NCBI GenBank assembly: GCA_043228905.1
Contig: JBHGNT010000003.1
Location: forward strand, 23,188,001 to 23,252,000
Reading direction: 5' to 3'
DNA from: Azolla caroliniana
Lineage: Eukaryota > Plantae > Polypodiophyta
DNA length: 64,000 bases
How positions within the stretch are numbered: the stretch's first letter is position 1; the number at the start of each line of letters is the position of its first letter. Of this stretch, positions 22,726 to 36,153 are shown in pieces. Both the position numbers and the translations under genes were made by a program. The notes under the pieces were generated by a model that was not told where the DNA came from, did no database searches, and was given only the letters and a program-made list of their open reading frames with translations.

Positions 22726-24362
22726 TATGGTCACAAGCAGCAATTTTACCTGTTAGTTTTCTCCACTCATCTGGGAGACTTGTACTGTAATCCCCCAAAT
22801 AGAATGCAGCTATGCGACCAGGCATATTGAAAACAAACGATACGATATGTGTGTTGGCATGGTTGTAGGTGAACCAACAAAGTAGCAGATTTGTCCTCTA
22901 CACGTAATCCGCAAGCTATGCAACGTGCTTGAACAGTCATTATACCATTTCCTGGTTCTCGTTGATTTGGTAAGGGAGCAAGAATGTTTAGGTCCAATTC
23001 TTGTCTGCTCCTTACCATCCCCTCCACAAAATGTAGTTGCTTCTTAAGGCAGCTAACTACTTGTTCTTGACGGGAGTATTGTTCCTTCAATGTAGCCGAA
23101 ATTTTCTAATTAATTATTCCTTAATGAGGAAGATACAACAACAAGAAACAAGAATCATTAACTTACTTGTAGCTTGTCCAAATTGTAATCAGCGATAATA
23201 TTTACACTTAGAAGCTCTAGGTTCATTGAAAGAACTTGGATCTCTGTCTGCAGTTGAATTTTTCGTTGGGGATCCACCGAGCCCTCAATTTCAAGCTCAT
23301 GTTGAGCAACCTGTTTCAGATAATGCCTCACTAGCACATTTTTATGTACATGTTATTTATAACATATTACATACTAACAAAACAATAGGTACTTGAATCT
23401 TATTTTTGATTTTTGTAACTGCCAAAGTGACTTTGCTCTCCATCGCAGCAGTCAATGTTGCTTTCTCTAAATCAGTCTTAAAAAACTCCAATGCCTCACA
23501 GGCTTCATGGACATTTTTTAGCATATAGTTAATCAATGTCTCACCTGTATCATCGACATTGTATTTCATTGTGTGTCAGTGTCGCATATACTTGCATGTT
23601 TGTTGGGAGTGGGTAGTCGCATCATCAACTGCCATGCTCCAAAATATTGCCATTTTTTGTTGCAAGCTCCCCATGTTCCAGCATCTTTGTACCGATGCCT
23701 CACCATAAATTGCCCAAGCTACCCTATACATTTTAGGGTCACGAGATTCCATCGTTGTTTTCCAATACTCGTATGCAAAAACTCTAGCAAATGAAACGGA
23801 CAACTCGTTGATTGGGATCTTCTCATGTACCTTCTGGTGTAGTCTCATGTAGTCACCATACATGCTTGAGCTTGACCTTGCCTTTCACTCTAGGCACTTT
23901 ATTTACTGACATCCAGTCTACATCACTAATTAATCTATCTGTTAGAACAATTGGGTCAATACCCTCGAGCGACAGACCATATATGTTGTGAAAGTCCTCC
24001 TTTGTTTCGCAAAATTTTATGAAGTTCGGCACTTTAGGATAAGGAGGAACAGGCCACCTGAAATAGAAAATCAATAATCAGAATTGGTGCAGAAACAGAA
24101 TTTTTAATGTGAATTTGGTGCAAAATTACAACACTTTGAGACAATAATCTAAAATTTGTAATCTATCCTTTTCAGCATGTATCAGAAATCAACCAGTTAA
24201 AAAATCAGAAACCTTAATCAGAATTTCTCATGAGAATTGGTGCAAAATTACAACACATTGCGACAGTAATCAGAAATTTGTAACCAAAAACCCTAAACCA
24301 CTTAAGGAAAACAAAAACCCTAATCCTCACTACGAAATTCTGTCAATAAAAAACACACCTAC

Positions 24363-24656
24363 TGTCATGATATGGCAAGACTCGAACCCATGACCGTATG
24401 TTACATGGGTCAAGCTCTTCACCATTAGATTATATGTTGTAATACAAAAAATATTATTTTCATCTAAGTTTTACTATAGCAAATTGATGTATATTTCGAT
24501 TTCTCTGGAACATTCTAGAAACTTTAGGAGTACTCCGGAGAACACTATATAAGGAGGCACAAGGCATTATTGCGAACCAAATCGGTTCAATGCCAGTCTT
24601 AAGCCTCCTAGCCATCCTTGTATATTCTTTTCATTTAATATGTTGTTGTCATCAAT

Positions 24657-24692
<36 letters not shown>

Positions 24693-27600
24693 TCTCTTGA
24701 GTGTTCTACACCCTCTTTCCCTCTTAGTACTAATATTCATCTCTTAGTACTAATCTCCTCTATGTCTCAGTACTATTCATAACAGTTTGAACAGATTTCA
24801 CACCTCTTTCCTCTTCTTCCTTTTATCTTCTTACGTTTCCCTCCCTTCATACTAATATCTTAGTCCTCTTTCCTCTCATCCTATGGCCACTATTAGTGCT
24901 CAAGAATCTCAATTCGCTTTCTCGGAGCTGTAATGCTTGAAAGAGAAGTCCCTTGCTTTGGAACAAGAAAATCAACGGTTGTAGGGGGATCTTCAGCAAA
25001 TCTCCTTAGAAAAGCAGCTGACGCGCAACATGGGGAACTAGCGTTACACGTGCAACAACTTGAAGCAACTATAGTAGCGATGCAACAAGCACCCAATACA
25101 CAAGGGATTCATAAAGAACCAAAGATTGGCCTTCCCATGAAATTTGATGGAACGCGATCACAATTTAGAGGATTCCTTAATCAGGTACGATTAGTCATTA
25201 AAATGCATCCTTCCCGATATCCCACCGATGCATCACGAGTGGGTTTAATAGGCACGTTGTTAGGTGGCTCAACTTTGGCATGGTTCGCTCCGTTGTTAGA
25301 AAATGAATCTCCTTTACCAAACAATTTTCAAGAGTTTTTAAGTGATTTTAGTGGTTCCATTCCCTCTAAGCAAGTTAGCAATGTGTTCTTAGCCCAAGTA
25401 ATAGTTAGTACTAAAAGTACCTCTCCAGTACATGTCTCAGCACTCCTAGATTCCGGAGCTAATTGTTGCTTCATGGATAAGAATTTTGCCCAAGCTGATC
25501 AGATATGCCTAAGAAAACTCCCGTGTCCAACGTCTGTAGTAGTTATTGATGATCATCCCATTGTTTTCGGAAATATCATAGAAGAGTCAGAGCCCGTTAA
25601 TATTATCCAAGATAATTTAGCGTGTGTAGTATCATTTAATATAATTAGTATCCCAGAACATCCCATTGTTTTGTGATTACCATGGTTTGAATTACATAAC
25701 CCAGACATAGATTGGAGAACAAGCGAAATCCGGTATCGACAAACCTGACATTCTACTCATAAGACAACCTACATCAGTTGTGTGACGAAGGACGCAAGGA
25801 AGAAATGTTTCTTTTCGTAGTATTAGTAAAAACCCTTTAGACCCACTAAAGAGGAGTCCATCGTTCAACTTCCAGAGAAGTATCGTCATTATGCCGATGT
25901 GTTCGATAAAGTACAAGCCAATACGCTTCCTCACCATCGACCATATGATTGCCCCATCGATTTAAAACTGGGAAAAGCGCCACCATGGGAACCGATCTAC
26001 AATTTGTCACCAACCAAGCTAGAAGTCCTTCGAGCCTATATAGAGGAGAATTTGGCAAATGGTTTCATTCAACATTCGAAATCTCCAGCCGACGCACCCA
26101 TTTTCTTTGTTCAGAAAAAGGATGGATCACTTCCTCTCGTCGTAGATTATCATGGCTTGAATAAGGTCACCATCAGGAAATGGTATGCAATTCCCCATAT
26201 CTCAAGTCTTTTAGAATGGATCAATGGTGTAAGGTTCTTCACAAAGATGGACTTATGAGGAGCATATAACCTCTTACGGATCCGATGAGGAGATGAATGG
26301 AGGACTGCGTTTCGCACTAGATATGGGCACTTCGAGTATATGTTCATGCCATTCGGCCTCGCTAATGCGCCAACAGTCTTCTAGCACATGACCAATGATA
26401 TATTCCAAGATGTCTTGGATGTTTGTTTGATCATCTATTTGGATGATGTACTGGTTTATTCAAAGACCCAAGAAGAGCATGATTCTCATGTACTGTTAGT
26501 ACTAAAATGACTTCAAGAACATGATCTTTATGAAAAGCTGGAAAAATGTAGTTTTGGGTGCAACCAGGTAGAATTTTTGGGCTATCTCCATCGATCCAGC
26601 TAAGGTCAAAACGGTGGTAGAGTGCCAGACTCCACGTTCGTTGCGAGATGTGTAATGTTTTTTAGGCTTTGCCAATTTCTACTGTAAGTTTATACATGAT
26701 TACTCAAAGCTTGTTCTGCCTCTCACACAGCTTACCAGGAAGGGAAAATTGTTCGTTTGGTTTGAAGAAACAGACATGGCTTTTGATAGCCTTAAGAAGG
26801 CATTTACATCAGCTCCTATTCTAGCTCATCTTGATCTAGAAAACCATTCATCATTGAAGCAAACACATCGGATTTCACCTTGGGTAGCATTCTATCACAA
26901 CAAGGCGATGATGAAAAGCTACATCCTGTGGCTTTTCACTCACGCAAGTTGGACGCCGCCGAAATAAACTATGAAATTCATGATAAGGATCTATTAGCAA
27001 TAGTGGACTCTTTTACCCAATGGAGGCATTTTCTAGAGGGATCTTCTCTTCAGGTCACCGTATTCAGTGATCACAAAAATCTTGACTACTTCTAGAATAC
27101 TTGTGTATTAAATCGACATCAAGCACGGTGGGCCCAATTTCCCACTCGTTTCGACTTCAAGATTACATATCGTCTCGGGAAACAACAATGGAAGGCGGAC
27201 ACGTTATCACGGCGCTCGTATCTAGCACTGCGTCCTGGTGAGCCAACATTTGATAATCAAAAGCAAGTAATCCTAGGACCGACACAACATCAAGCAATGC
27301 AGGTCTTTGGTATGCCCTTGAATTCCCACGTAATTGATACCATACATGAAGACTTGAAGACACTCGAGCATCTTGTTCCCAGTCGTAACAACCAGGTACG
27401 AACTATCCACAATTCGAATGTCATGATGGATTACTACTCTTTAAGAAACTGTTGTATGTTCCTAATGGTTCTTCTCTCCTTCGAGTAGTCCAAAACTATC
27501 ATGACACATATACAACCAAGCATTTTGGTAGTACTAAAACATTAGATTTAGTACAACGATCATTCTGGTGGCCCCATATGCGACAATTTGTCAAACATTT

Positions 27601-29184
27601 TGTTTAGACTCGTGATACATGGTGCAGAGAAAAAAGGCAAAGGCATCATCCATATGGTTTATTAGAACCATTACCATTTCCAAGCAAGCCGTGGCAATCC
27701 ATTGCTCTAGATTTCATCACAAATATTCCGGTCTCCAAGGGATTCGATGCGATCTTAACAATAGTAGATCGATATACGAAGATGACCCATTTCCTGCCAT
27801 GTACTAAGGAAATCTCCGGTGACGAAACTATTGAAATTGTCATGCGTGAAGTATGTCGGCATAATGGCCTTCCCGATAGTATCATCAGCGACTGTGGACC
27901 ACAATTTGTCTCAAAATTATGGAAACACCTCTTTAAAATGCTCAAGGTCACTTGTAACCTTTCCTCCGGCTACTACCTGCAAACAAACGGCCAAGCAGAA
28001 TGAACAAATCAAACGCTAGAGCAGTATCTTCGGTGCCTTCTAACTTATCATCAAGATGATTGGACGGATATTCTCCACTTCGCCGAATTTTCATATAATA
28101 ACTCTATCCACTCATCGACAAAGGTTACACTATTTTATGCTTATGTGGGTTGTCACCCCCGGTGGTGTGTATTTGAAACCCCAGAGTTACCCACAAATCC
28201 TTGCGAAGAGGATCGTTTGGAGTGGTTATGCAAGATACTAGCAGATTTATCTACTCATCTACAACAAGCTCAACAAACACACAAGGTTTATGTTGATCGT
28301 CATCGGCTTCCATTCAGTTTTAACATTAGAGATTGGGTATTGCTACTACGACGACACATCAAGACTACTCGCCCATGCGAGAAGTTGGATTATTGGCGAT
28401 TAGGTGCTTTCTGTATTATCGGAAAAATTAATGATGTCGCTTTTCGTCTCGATCTACCTGCACAACTTTGGATACATCCGGTGTTTAATAGTTGTCTCCT
28501 CGAACCCTATCAAGACAGCAACATCCCAAGTCTTATTAAACAACCTCCACCCTCGATCGAACTTGAAGATGGACCTGAGTACGAGGTTGCCGCCATCCTC
28601 GATTCCAAGATTGTTCGCAACAAGCTCTAATATTTAGTCGATTGGCTAGGATATAGTCCTAGTGAGTGTATTGGGGAATAGAGTATGTGACTAATGCTCG
28701 TGCTCTTCTTGAAGACTTCCATCATCAATATCTAGACAAACTAGGTCCTCAAGGGAGCTAGTGTCATGATATGTCAAGTCTCAAGCCCATGACCTTATGT
28801 TATATGGGTTGAGCTCTTCACCATTAGACTATATGTTGTATTACGAAGAATATTATTTTCATCTAAGTTTTGCTATAGAAAATTGATGTATATTCCAAAT
28901 TTCTTTGGAATATTCTAGAAACTTCAGGAGTACTCTTGAGAACACTATAAAAGGAGGCACAAGGCATTATTTCGAGCCAAATCGGTTCAACGCCAGTCTT
29001 AAGCCTCCTAGCCATCCTTGTATATTCTTTTCACATAATATATCGTTGTCATCAACATATTCTCTCTCTCTCTCTCTCACTCTCTCTTTCCTTCTCTCAA
29101 GTGTTCTACACCCTCTATTCCTCGTAGTACTAATATTCATCTCTTAGCACTAATTTCCTCTTTGGCTCAATACTATTCTTGACA
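24363..29184 (+). mobile_element. Full-length but degenerate Tcn1-like chromovirus
   Basis: LTRs at 24363-24784 and 28762-29184; TSD CCTAC / CCTGC; gag PMKFDGTRSQFRGFLNQ, protease LLDSGA, RT YLDDV, RNase H, integrase and chromodomain; many stops and a gag deletion. Confidence 0.92.
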
Positions 29185-29740
29185 CCTGCTGCTACACCCA
29201 GATCTTCGATACATCCTTGTTTGGGACTCCAACGACTTCGTCCTATTCAATTTTTGGGAAAGGTGAATAGGCACCAAAGTTACAGATAGTTATCTGAAAG
29301 GAAAAAAATAAAAAATTTATTAGGTAACTAACGTACATGGACGAGGATCGAACTAGTCGTGTGTTGTAGCTCTAAAGGTGTAATGTCGATCTCAGAGTTT
29401 TTGTGCTGCTGCAGGAGCTTCATCTGGGTTCGTGGTCATAGTACTCCATCGGTTTGGAGTTTAAACTCGAACTCAGGATTATCAAGAATTTGATGACATT
29501 CAAGTCAACCTTAGATGATGGAACTATTCCTCAAGTTCCACTACATCCGAAACCAAAGTTCAAATATTTGAGTATTCTCATAAATTAAATGACATGTATT
29601 TAACTAATAAAACATAAAATTTCGTAAACCATCATTATTATTTGCCCATAAAAAACTAGCTAAACAAATAGCTAATTCACAGTGGCCATTTTAGTAGCTA
29701 ATTAGCTATAATAGTGTTTCCACTCGCATGATTTTACCCA

Positions 29741-30420
29741 ATAATCTCCCCCTCTGGCCACATAAGGACAAGATTTTGTTGAGCAACTCAATTTGCATCC
29801 AATCCAACAACCTTGGCACATAGCTCAAGCTTCTCTTTAGAGACCGATTTTGTCAAAATGTTATCAACATTATCATCGATGTGAATTTTCTTGAGTTTTA
29901 ATAGTTGGTCTTCAATTGTCGAGTGTAGCCAATGATACCTCATACCAATATGTTTCATGTGGGAATAGTATGTATCAAGTTCCTGCTCAAATCTATTGCA
30001 CTTTAACTATCACAAAAGATTACATAAGCTGCTAGTTGACGCAAACCCAATTACGAAATAAACATTTTCATCCGAAGCATTTCTTTGCCAACTATAGTTG
30101 TTGCAATATGTTTTGTTTCTATAGTAGACAAAGCAACACACTTTTGCAACTTAGACTACTATCATATGGCTCCCCTTGCAAAAGTAATCAAGAAAACGGA
30201 AGTAAATTTTCTCCCAACAAGATCCCCCACCACATCTGCATCTGAAAATCCTTCAAGAATTTGTTTAAAACCTCCAAAATATAAACATAGTCTACATTTA
30301 CCTTTAAATATCTAAAAATCCATTTTATAGCATCCCAATGGTGCTTGCCATGATTGGAGAGATATCTACTTACAACACTAACAGCATGCGCAATATGTGG
30401 CCTTGTACTAAACATAGCAT
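29741..30420 (-). mobile_element. Copia RT/RNase H 3' relic with PPT
   Basis: TRPHIAHAVSVVSRYLSNHGKHHWDAIKWIFRYLK; PPT AGGGGGAGAT (reverse complement of ~29744-29753). Confidence 0.75.
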
Positions 30421-33301
30421 ATCTGCTATTGTATTAAATGGTTCCTCTATTAGAAAACTTAGAGCCATGTGTGGAAATTTCCTTCTTGCCTAGAGAAATT
30501 TGAATCATGCCCTTTATTCAATAACATAATATGCAACTTATTAAGTGTGGAACTTTCTGTGCATTGGTTGATTATGTATTGGTGTTAGGCTAGCCATATC
30601 TAAATTTCCACACGAGTCATCTTAATTTGGAGAAAGAAAAGAAAAAGTTATTCAATCCTAGGTAAATCAATTTAATGTGCATGTGTTACATGGTATTGTG
30701 TTTTCAACTTTAGGATTCACCAAAAGTAATTTTCTAAAGTCACATTTAGATTTCCACCAGTGGGTGATCATGAACCATTTCGAAAAGCCAAATTCTTGAA
30801 ATCATCAAATCTCTCGTTTGTGATGTTTGATTTTCACACAATGTTTTATATAATGTTGTTTTGTCTTGGAGAGAAATAGGGGATGTACATAAATACTTAA
30901 GAGGTGATATAGAGAACAAACAATAAAGGAACCATAAATTCAATGCAATCAATATTGTAGCGTGTTTTAGTGCAATTACAACATGAAGTCAAAACCACAT
31001 TGCTTGAGATCATTTAAAAATCCAGTCTTCTGTGGACACTCTATTTGTCTTCCCATATGTTGGTACCAAATACTTGGATGCGTGGATGATCTTGTTTTAT
31101 TATTCGAGAGACATTTTCATTAAGGGAATCTCGTATGCATTCTTAGCTTTTCTCTTTAGTAAATTAGTGCATATAGAGAGATTTAAACTTTAGTGCATAT
31201 GCATGTGCATTTGTATATAAAGCTATTTTCTTTGTCCTTCAATCAACTACAACACAAAGTGAGATATGAACTTGAGCACAGACTTAAGATTTCATATACA
31301 TTGTGCACAGACTTAAGATCTTTATATCACACACCGTGGAGAAGTAATTGATTCTTATTTGCTTCATCAAAACAAATGTATAAGTGGTTGCTCTTTGCCC
31401 TAATAATATTGAACTCCAGATATACAAAGCCTCCCACTGCTCATGATTCTAGTTGGGAGAGATTTTATGTCCTACAACAGGTATGCGTATTTTATTCCAT
31501 TTCTTCATTTGTCTCATAGTTAAAACTTTTTATTTGCATTTCAATAGAAATGCCAATTCGGAATATTTGCATCATGCACCATTTCTTAACATATTCACAA
31601 ATGTAAGAAAATTATTATTGATATATTCCCAAATGTAAGAAACCTAATTAAACACCCAAATTTCTCGTCTCTTTCTTCATCTCCTCTTTCAAAAGATTGC
31701 TTGTTGAAATCTAGATCATTGGACGAGAAGTTCTTGTCTAACAAATTTTCACCTTAGGTAGCTATTTCCAAATCAGCAAGCAATTTTTGTATTCTAAATT
31801 TTGTTATTGCTATCCAATTTAGCAATAACTTTTGTTGCTTCTTTGATAGTGTTAATTTTTCTTTTAAGATGTGTTGGAATGATACTATTATCTAGGGTTT
31901 CACGATAAAAGGTATTGTCTGATTTTAAGCATGTGTTTGCATGAAACACTATAATATGTTGAATGGTGATAGGTAAAGTCTTCCGGTCAATCAACTTCTA
32001 TGTCATCTGGAGCATCACATGCAAATGCATTGGCAAAACTATCTAATTCCATTATTTTAACCATGTTGCATATCATAAACTCTTTCATATAGTTTCTTGA
32101 AGGTTGCTATGTAGCTCATTCTTTAACTTGCTGATGTGAAATTCTCTCCTTGTTTCTAAGTGTGATGACACCCAACTTTTAATCATCTATTCTCTAACTT
32201 CTTTGTTGATGTCACAAAATGGAGAAAGGATATAAGCCCACCCTAGTTTTGTCCTTCAAATAACCCTATTGATCTTCTTAGTTTCTTTTGTGGGGATGTT
32301 CTTCATGGGTTTCTTTGTTGTCATTTTGTTGAGCATTGTTTCCTCTTTCTAAAAAGACTTTCACGAAACATCAAAACATGAAAAATAGCACAAGACACAA
32401 AACTCCCTTTTTAGTATACACAAAGCACAAAGACAACAAGATCATATAGGGAGAAACATATACATATAACAAATGTTCTCACAATCTCTCGCATACATAT
32501 ACACCAAAACACACACAACCAATATAAAATGGGACACATAAAGAGAAATAAATACAAATTCTACGATTGTAATCTCTATTTCTTTGTCTCAAGGCATAAA
32601 CATACATACAAATAATAGAAAAAACAGGAAAATATACATAAGGTTGCGTACAAAGAGATGAAACAATGACCAAGTTTAGCAACAACTGGGTTCAAATGTC
32701 TCTTGCAAAGCTAGTTGCAAACCATGGTAACTAGCAACAAAGAAACTTTTTAGTATGCTCATGCATGAGCAACACATGAATACAACATGTTTCCAACCAG
32801 AAATATGCACTGCATGAGTAGAGCATGTTTGCAAGAGAAATAATCAGGGCATAAGTTCAATATGTTTCTAATCAAAATGGGCAGAAGTAGGCCAAACCAA
32901 AACCTAGATCAAAGCATGTGGAAGACCAAAACGTACCAAGTCACATACAAGAACAAAACATAGCATGCAAAGCATGTGCAAGTATCAAATGTAATGGATC
33001 ATGTACAAAATAAAAACTTAGCAGATCATGTACAAGAACTAACATAGTGTAACATATACAAAATTTGAATATAGGAAAGTAGGTAACCAAGAACACAATG
33101 TAGCAGAGCATGTACAAATAAAAATATACTAGATCAAATACAAGAACATAATGTACTAGAGCACATACCAAAGCACATTGTAGAGCAAATAACAAAACTT
33201 TGAACCACATCACATGTGGCAAAGCACATTGTAGCAATGCACATGGAAGAAAAATGCAACAAGAGAAGAACTTGGGGCATCTTCATAAAAGAGGGGAACA
33301 A

Positions 33302-33337
<36 letters not shown>

Positions 33338-33464
33338 GATGCCCAGATGGATGGAGACCAGGTGGTCATGGGTTCAACCCCTACATTCCACAATGGCATC
33401 GCACAGTGGCATCTAGTGAAAGATATTATATATATATATATATATGCCGCCTTCCATCTCTCTG

Positions 33465-36153
33465 GTTCCACGTCAGCACACGGGCTTGACTGCTGAAGTA
33501 TCTGGAATCAGTGTGGACCTAGGTCTCTTCTCCGCATCCGTCTTTGTCTAGGCTCACTGGCCCTTGTTGCATCCTCCTCCGGCTAGGCTAACTCATCATT
33601 TTCTTGGATTGGTCTCGGCCGATTTCGTCTTCCTCACCCATTGTGGTTTCATCTTTGGCCGCCTCACCGGTCTCATCTTCCCTTTCACACACTTTGGCCT
33701 CAGGCCATGTCCTCTCACCACCACCTTCCTTCTCTACGGTCTTATGTTGCCACGTCGGCCGAACCGTTGAACTCTTCGGATTCGGTGTGGAGGTACCACT
33801 TCGTCCGCACTTCATTGCATCGTCGATTCTCGTTCTCCCGCCACCACCTTCCATATCTCTGATCTCACGTCGTCTCTCGAGCCCGATTGCCGAAGTCTCC
33901 GGATCCAGTGTGAGGAGACACCTAGGAACGTCCTTCGTTTCTCCGCCTCGATGCCACCTTCCCTCTCTCCAGTCTCACATTGCCACGTCGGCCGAACCGC
34001 CCAAGTCTCCAGAAACGGTATGGAGGGATCTCTCCGTCCGACCTCCAACTAGTCCTTGTCCTCATCATGGGCATTCCCTCGATCTATCTAGTGTCACGTC
34101 GGCTCTCGGGCCTGACTGCCGAAGTCTTTGAATATGGTGTGGGGAATGATATCATGACTTCGCCCTCCGACGGCTCGTCCATGGCCACCGACTCCTCAAT
34201 GGTGTTGTCAGTAGCTATTTCTTCTTCGATCGCGCAAGCCTCGCCTGGGCTTCCTTCTCCAAAACTGTGCCCAAAACCATCAGTCTCTTTCCGAATCCGA
34301 CCTCTTCCTCGGTCAGTCTTCCTCCACAAGTCCAGAGGGCGTCTTGCTCCACACCCGCTCCCGTGGTACCGTGGTACCATCCTCTGGCCTCCACATCGTT
34401 TTCAAGAAAACACCTCGGTCTCCATCCTCCAACTCCTTCGTATCCTTCCTTTCGGCCTTAACTTTCAACTTCTAGCTCTCGTATGCGTGATTTACCAAGG
34501 CTTCTATGTCCAGCACCGACGAACCTTCCCGCTTTCAAGATTACTTGGTAAGGCCATTCGCACCATCGGCATCCTCGAGTATGACTCTGATGGCCTCCAT
34601 TCCCTTCGATTGGTCTCCTTCGGAAATCATGAAGGCCTCCTCCACCCCCACCAATGTTTGAGTCCGCCCCGACAGTATAGCAAACGATTCTCAACCACTA
34701 GGAACCACACGTATAGCGCTTTGGTGGGTGCTTGTCGATGACTTGTGCCAGCTCCATTCCTTCGATCCCTCATGCCCGTGCATCTTTTGTACCATTTGCC
34801 AAACACCCTAGCCTCATTGCTTCTTATACTTCCCCTTGATCGAACCCGGCATCGTAGGCTTTAAAATTTTTGGGACTCCGTCCCCGGTTAACTAGTTGAC
34901 TTCTTCGATCGCGCTCTCAACGGCTTCTGAGCTGTTTCTCGTCATCCCTTATCCACGCTTGTCCATCATCGCCTTCGACCTTGCCTTTACCACGAAGTCC
35001 TCTCCATCCACCTCCATCCTCCCTTTCCGCCTTTCACGTTGGGTTCACCAAAGATGTCGCGGAAATCCACGTGCAGGTGTCAGATCAAGCGGGATCACCG
35101 GAATCACGGACAGGGGGGAGATGGATACCGGAATGCATTTTCCTCTAGGGCCGGTTACACCGGTTGTGGCCCCAACTGGGACGATCCTGGATGCGAGCCG
35201 GAAGAAACCGAACCGGATAGATATGGATGCATTCTAGAAGCAACCGGATTGAAGATAGGGAGAGCACACGCACACACGCTGGGTCTCACATGTACAAAGA
35301 AGGGAAGACCAGAAATCATGCGGCCCGACTGGGACCTGGTATATCCAAGACAACGAGTCTCTGGACTGAAAAGAGGAGACACGCTGCGACTAAGAACGAC
35401 TCAACACACACACACATCACAAGCACATCTGGACAGAACGAAAACCCAAAGACATCAACACAAACCTATGCACACCAAAGTTTTCTCATGTGTATTTATA
35501 AGGGAGACAAGATACAATGCCGATTTCAGGCCGGTCCAATACCAAACAGATACAACAACCGTCTACAAGCAAGCTCCAATCGGGGAGCACTCAGGCTCGC
35601 CTACTCAAGTGGAAGCCTTGCGCTGAAGACAGGCCTTCTTACCGAACCACACCAGTTGTTTGCTGCCAAGCCGCCAGTCAGGGAGCACTCGGGCTCGCCT
35701 ACGCGAGTGGGGTCTTGCACAGGAGACAGAACTACGAACGGAAACCCTCAGAGCACAAGAACTCAAAACCATGCAACCCTAACAGAAGGGAAACAATGCA
35801 CCCTAGTATATGAACTAACAAGACTCCACTCAAAAGAGAAACCCAACCCAACGACCACGATGAAGAAGACCCCAAATGAAACCCTAAAGTAGAAACCCTA
35901 AGGAAAATAGGAAGAAGAGAAAATTACCAAACCCTAGATCCAAGTGGTATACCCTCCTAACTCAAAATGGGCAACCCCTTCACAAAAGATCCCTCCCTCC
36001 TCTTATAGTCAAGGAGGGAAGGACGCTACAATGTGGGATTAATATCCCCTATTTTTTAAATACATTTCCTAATGTACATGTGCATATGTTGCACATCAGC
36101 GACTTTGCCCATTCGATCCAGTTTTCTCACAGTAGCCGGAAATCTTTACGACA
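33465..36153 (-). mobile_element. 5' part of a non-autonomous Gypsy-clade element (5' LTR 35055-36153, PBS-Trp, gag start, module array)
   Basis: LTR TGTCGTAAAG...CGCGACA; PBS TGGTGAACCCAACGTGAA at 35033-35050; gag start homologous to 52058; five ~80-bp modules like those at 53550-54890. Confidence 0.78.

Larger units (their letters stand above)
21545..29560 (-). pseudogene. Multi-exon degenerate gene of unknown function (coiled-coil plus RING-like Cys/His domain), interrupted by a Tcn1-like element
   Basis: Colinear minus-strand ORF pieces at 24074-23853, 23863-23576, 23569-23357 and 23090-22767 (CIAC...PCQH..CxxC-like); GT-AG introns such as 22749-21624, acceptor TTTCAG near 24058 and a short intron near 29294-29336; outer limits approximate. 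Confidence 0.5.

Noticed and set aside
30420-33460. AT-rich stretch possibly holding a gene or an old LTR/gag
   Set aside because: No convincing motif, termini or TSD could be established, so it is left unannotated.
33604-35892. Long ORFs (175, 253, 195 and 221 aa) as novel genes
   Set aside because: They are low-complexity antisense reads of the non-autonomous element interior and its LTR.
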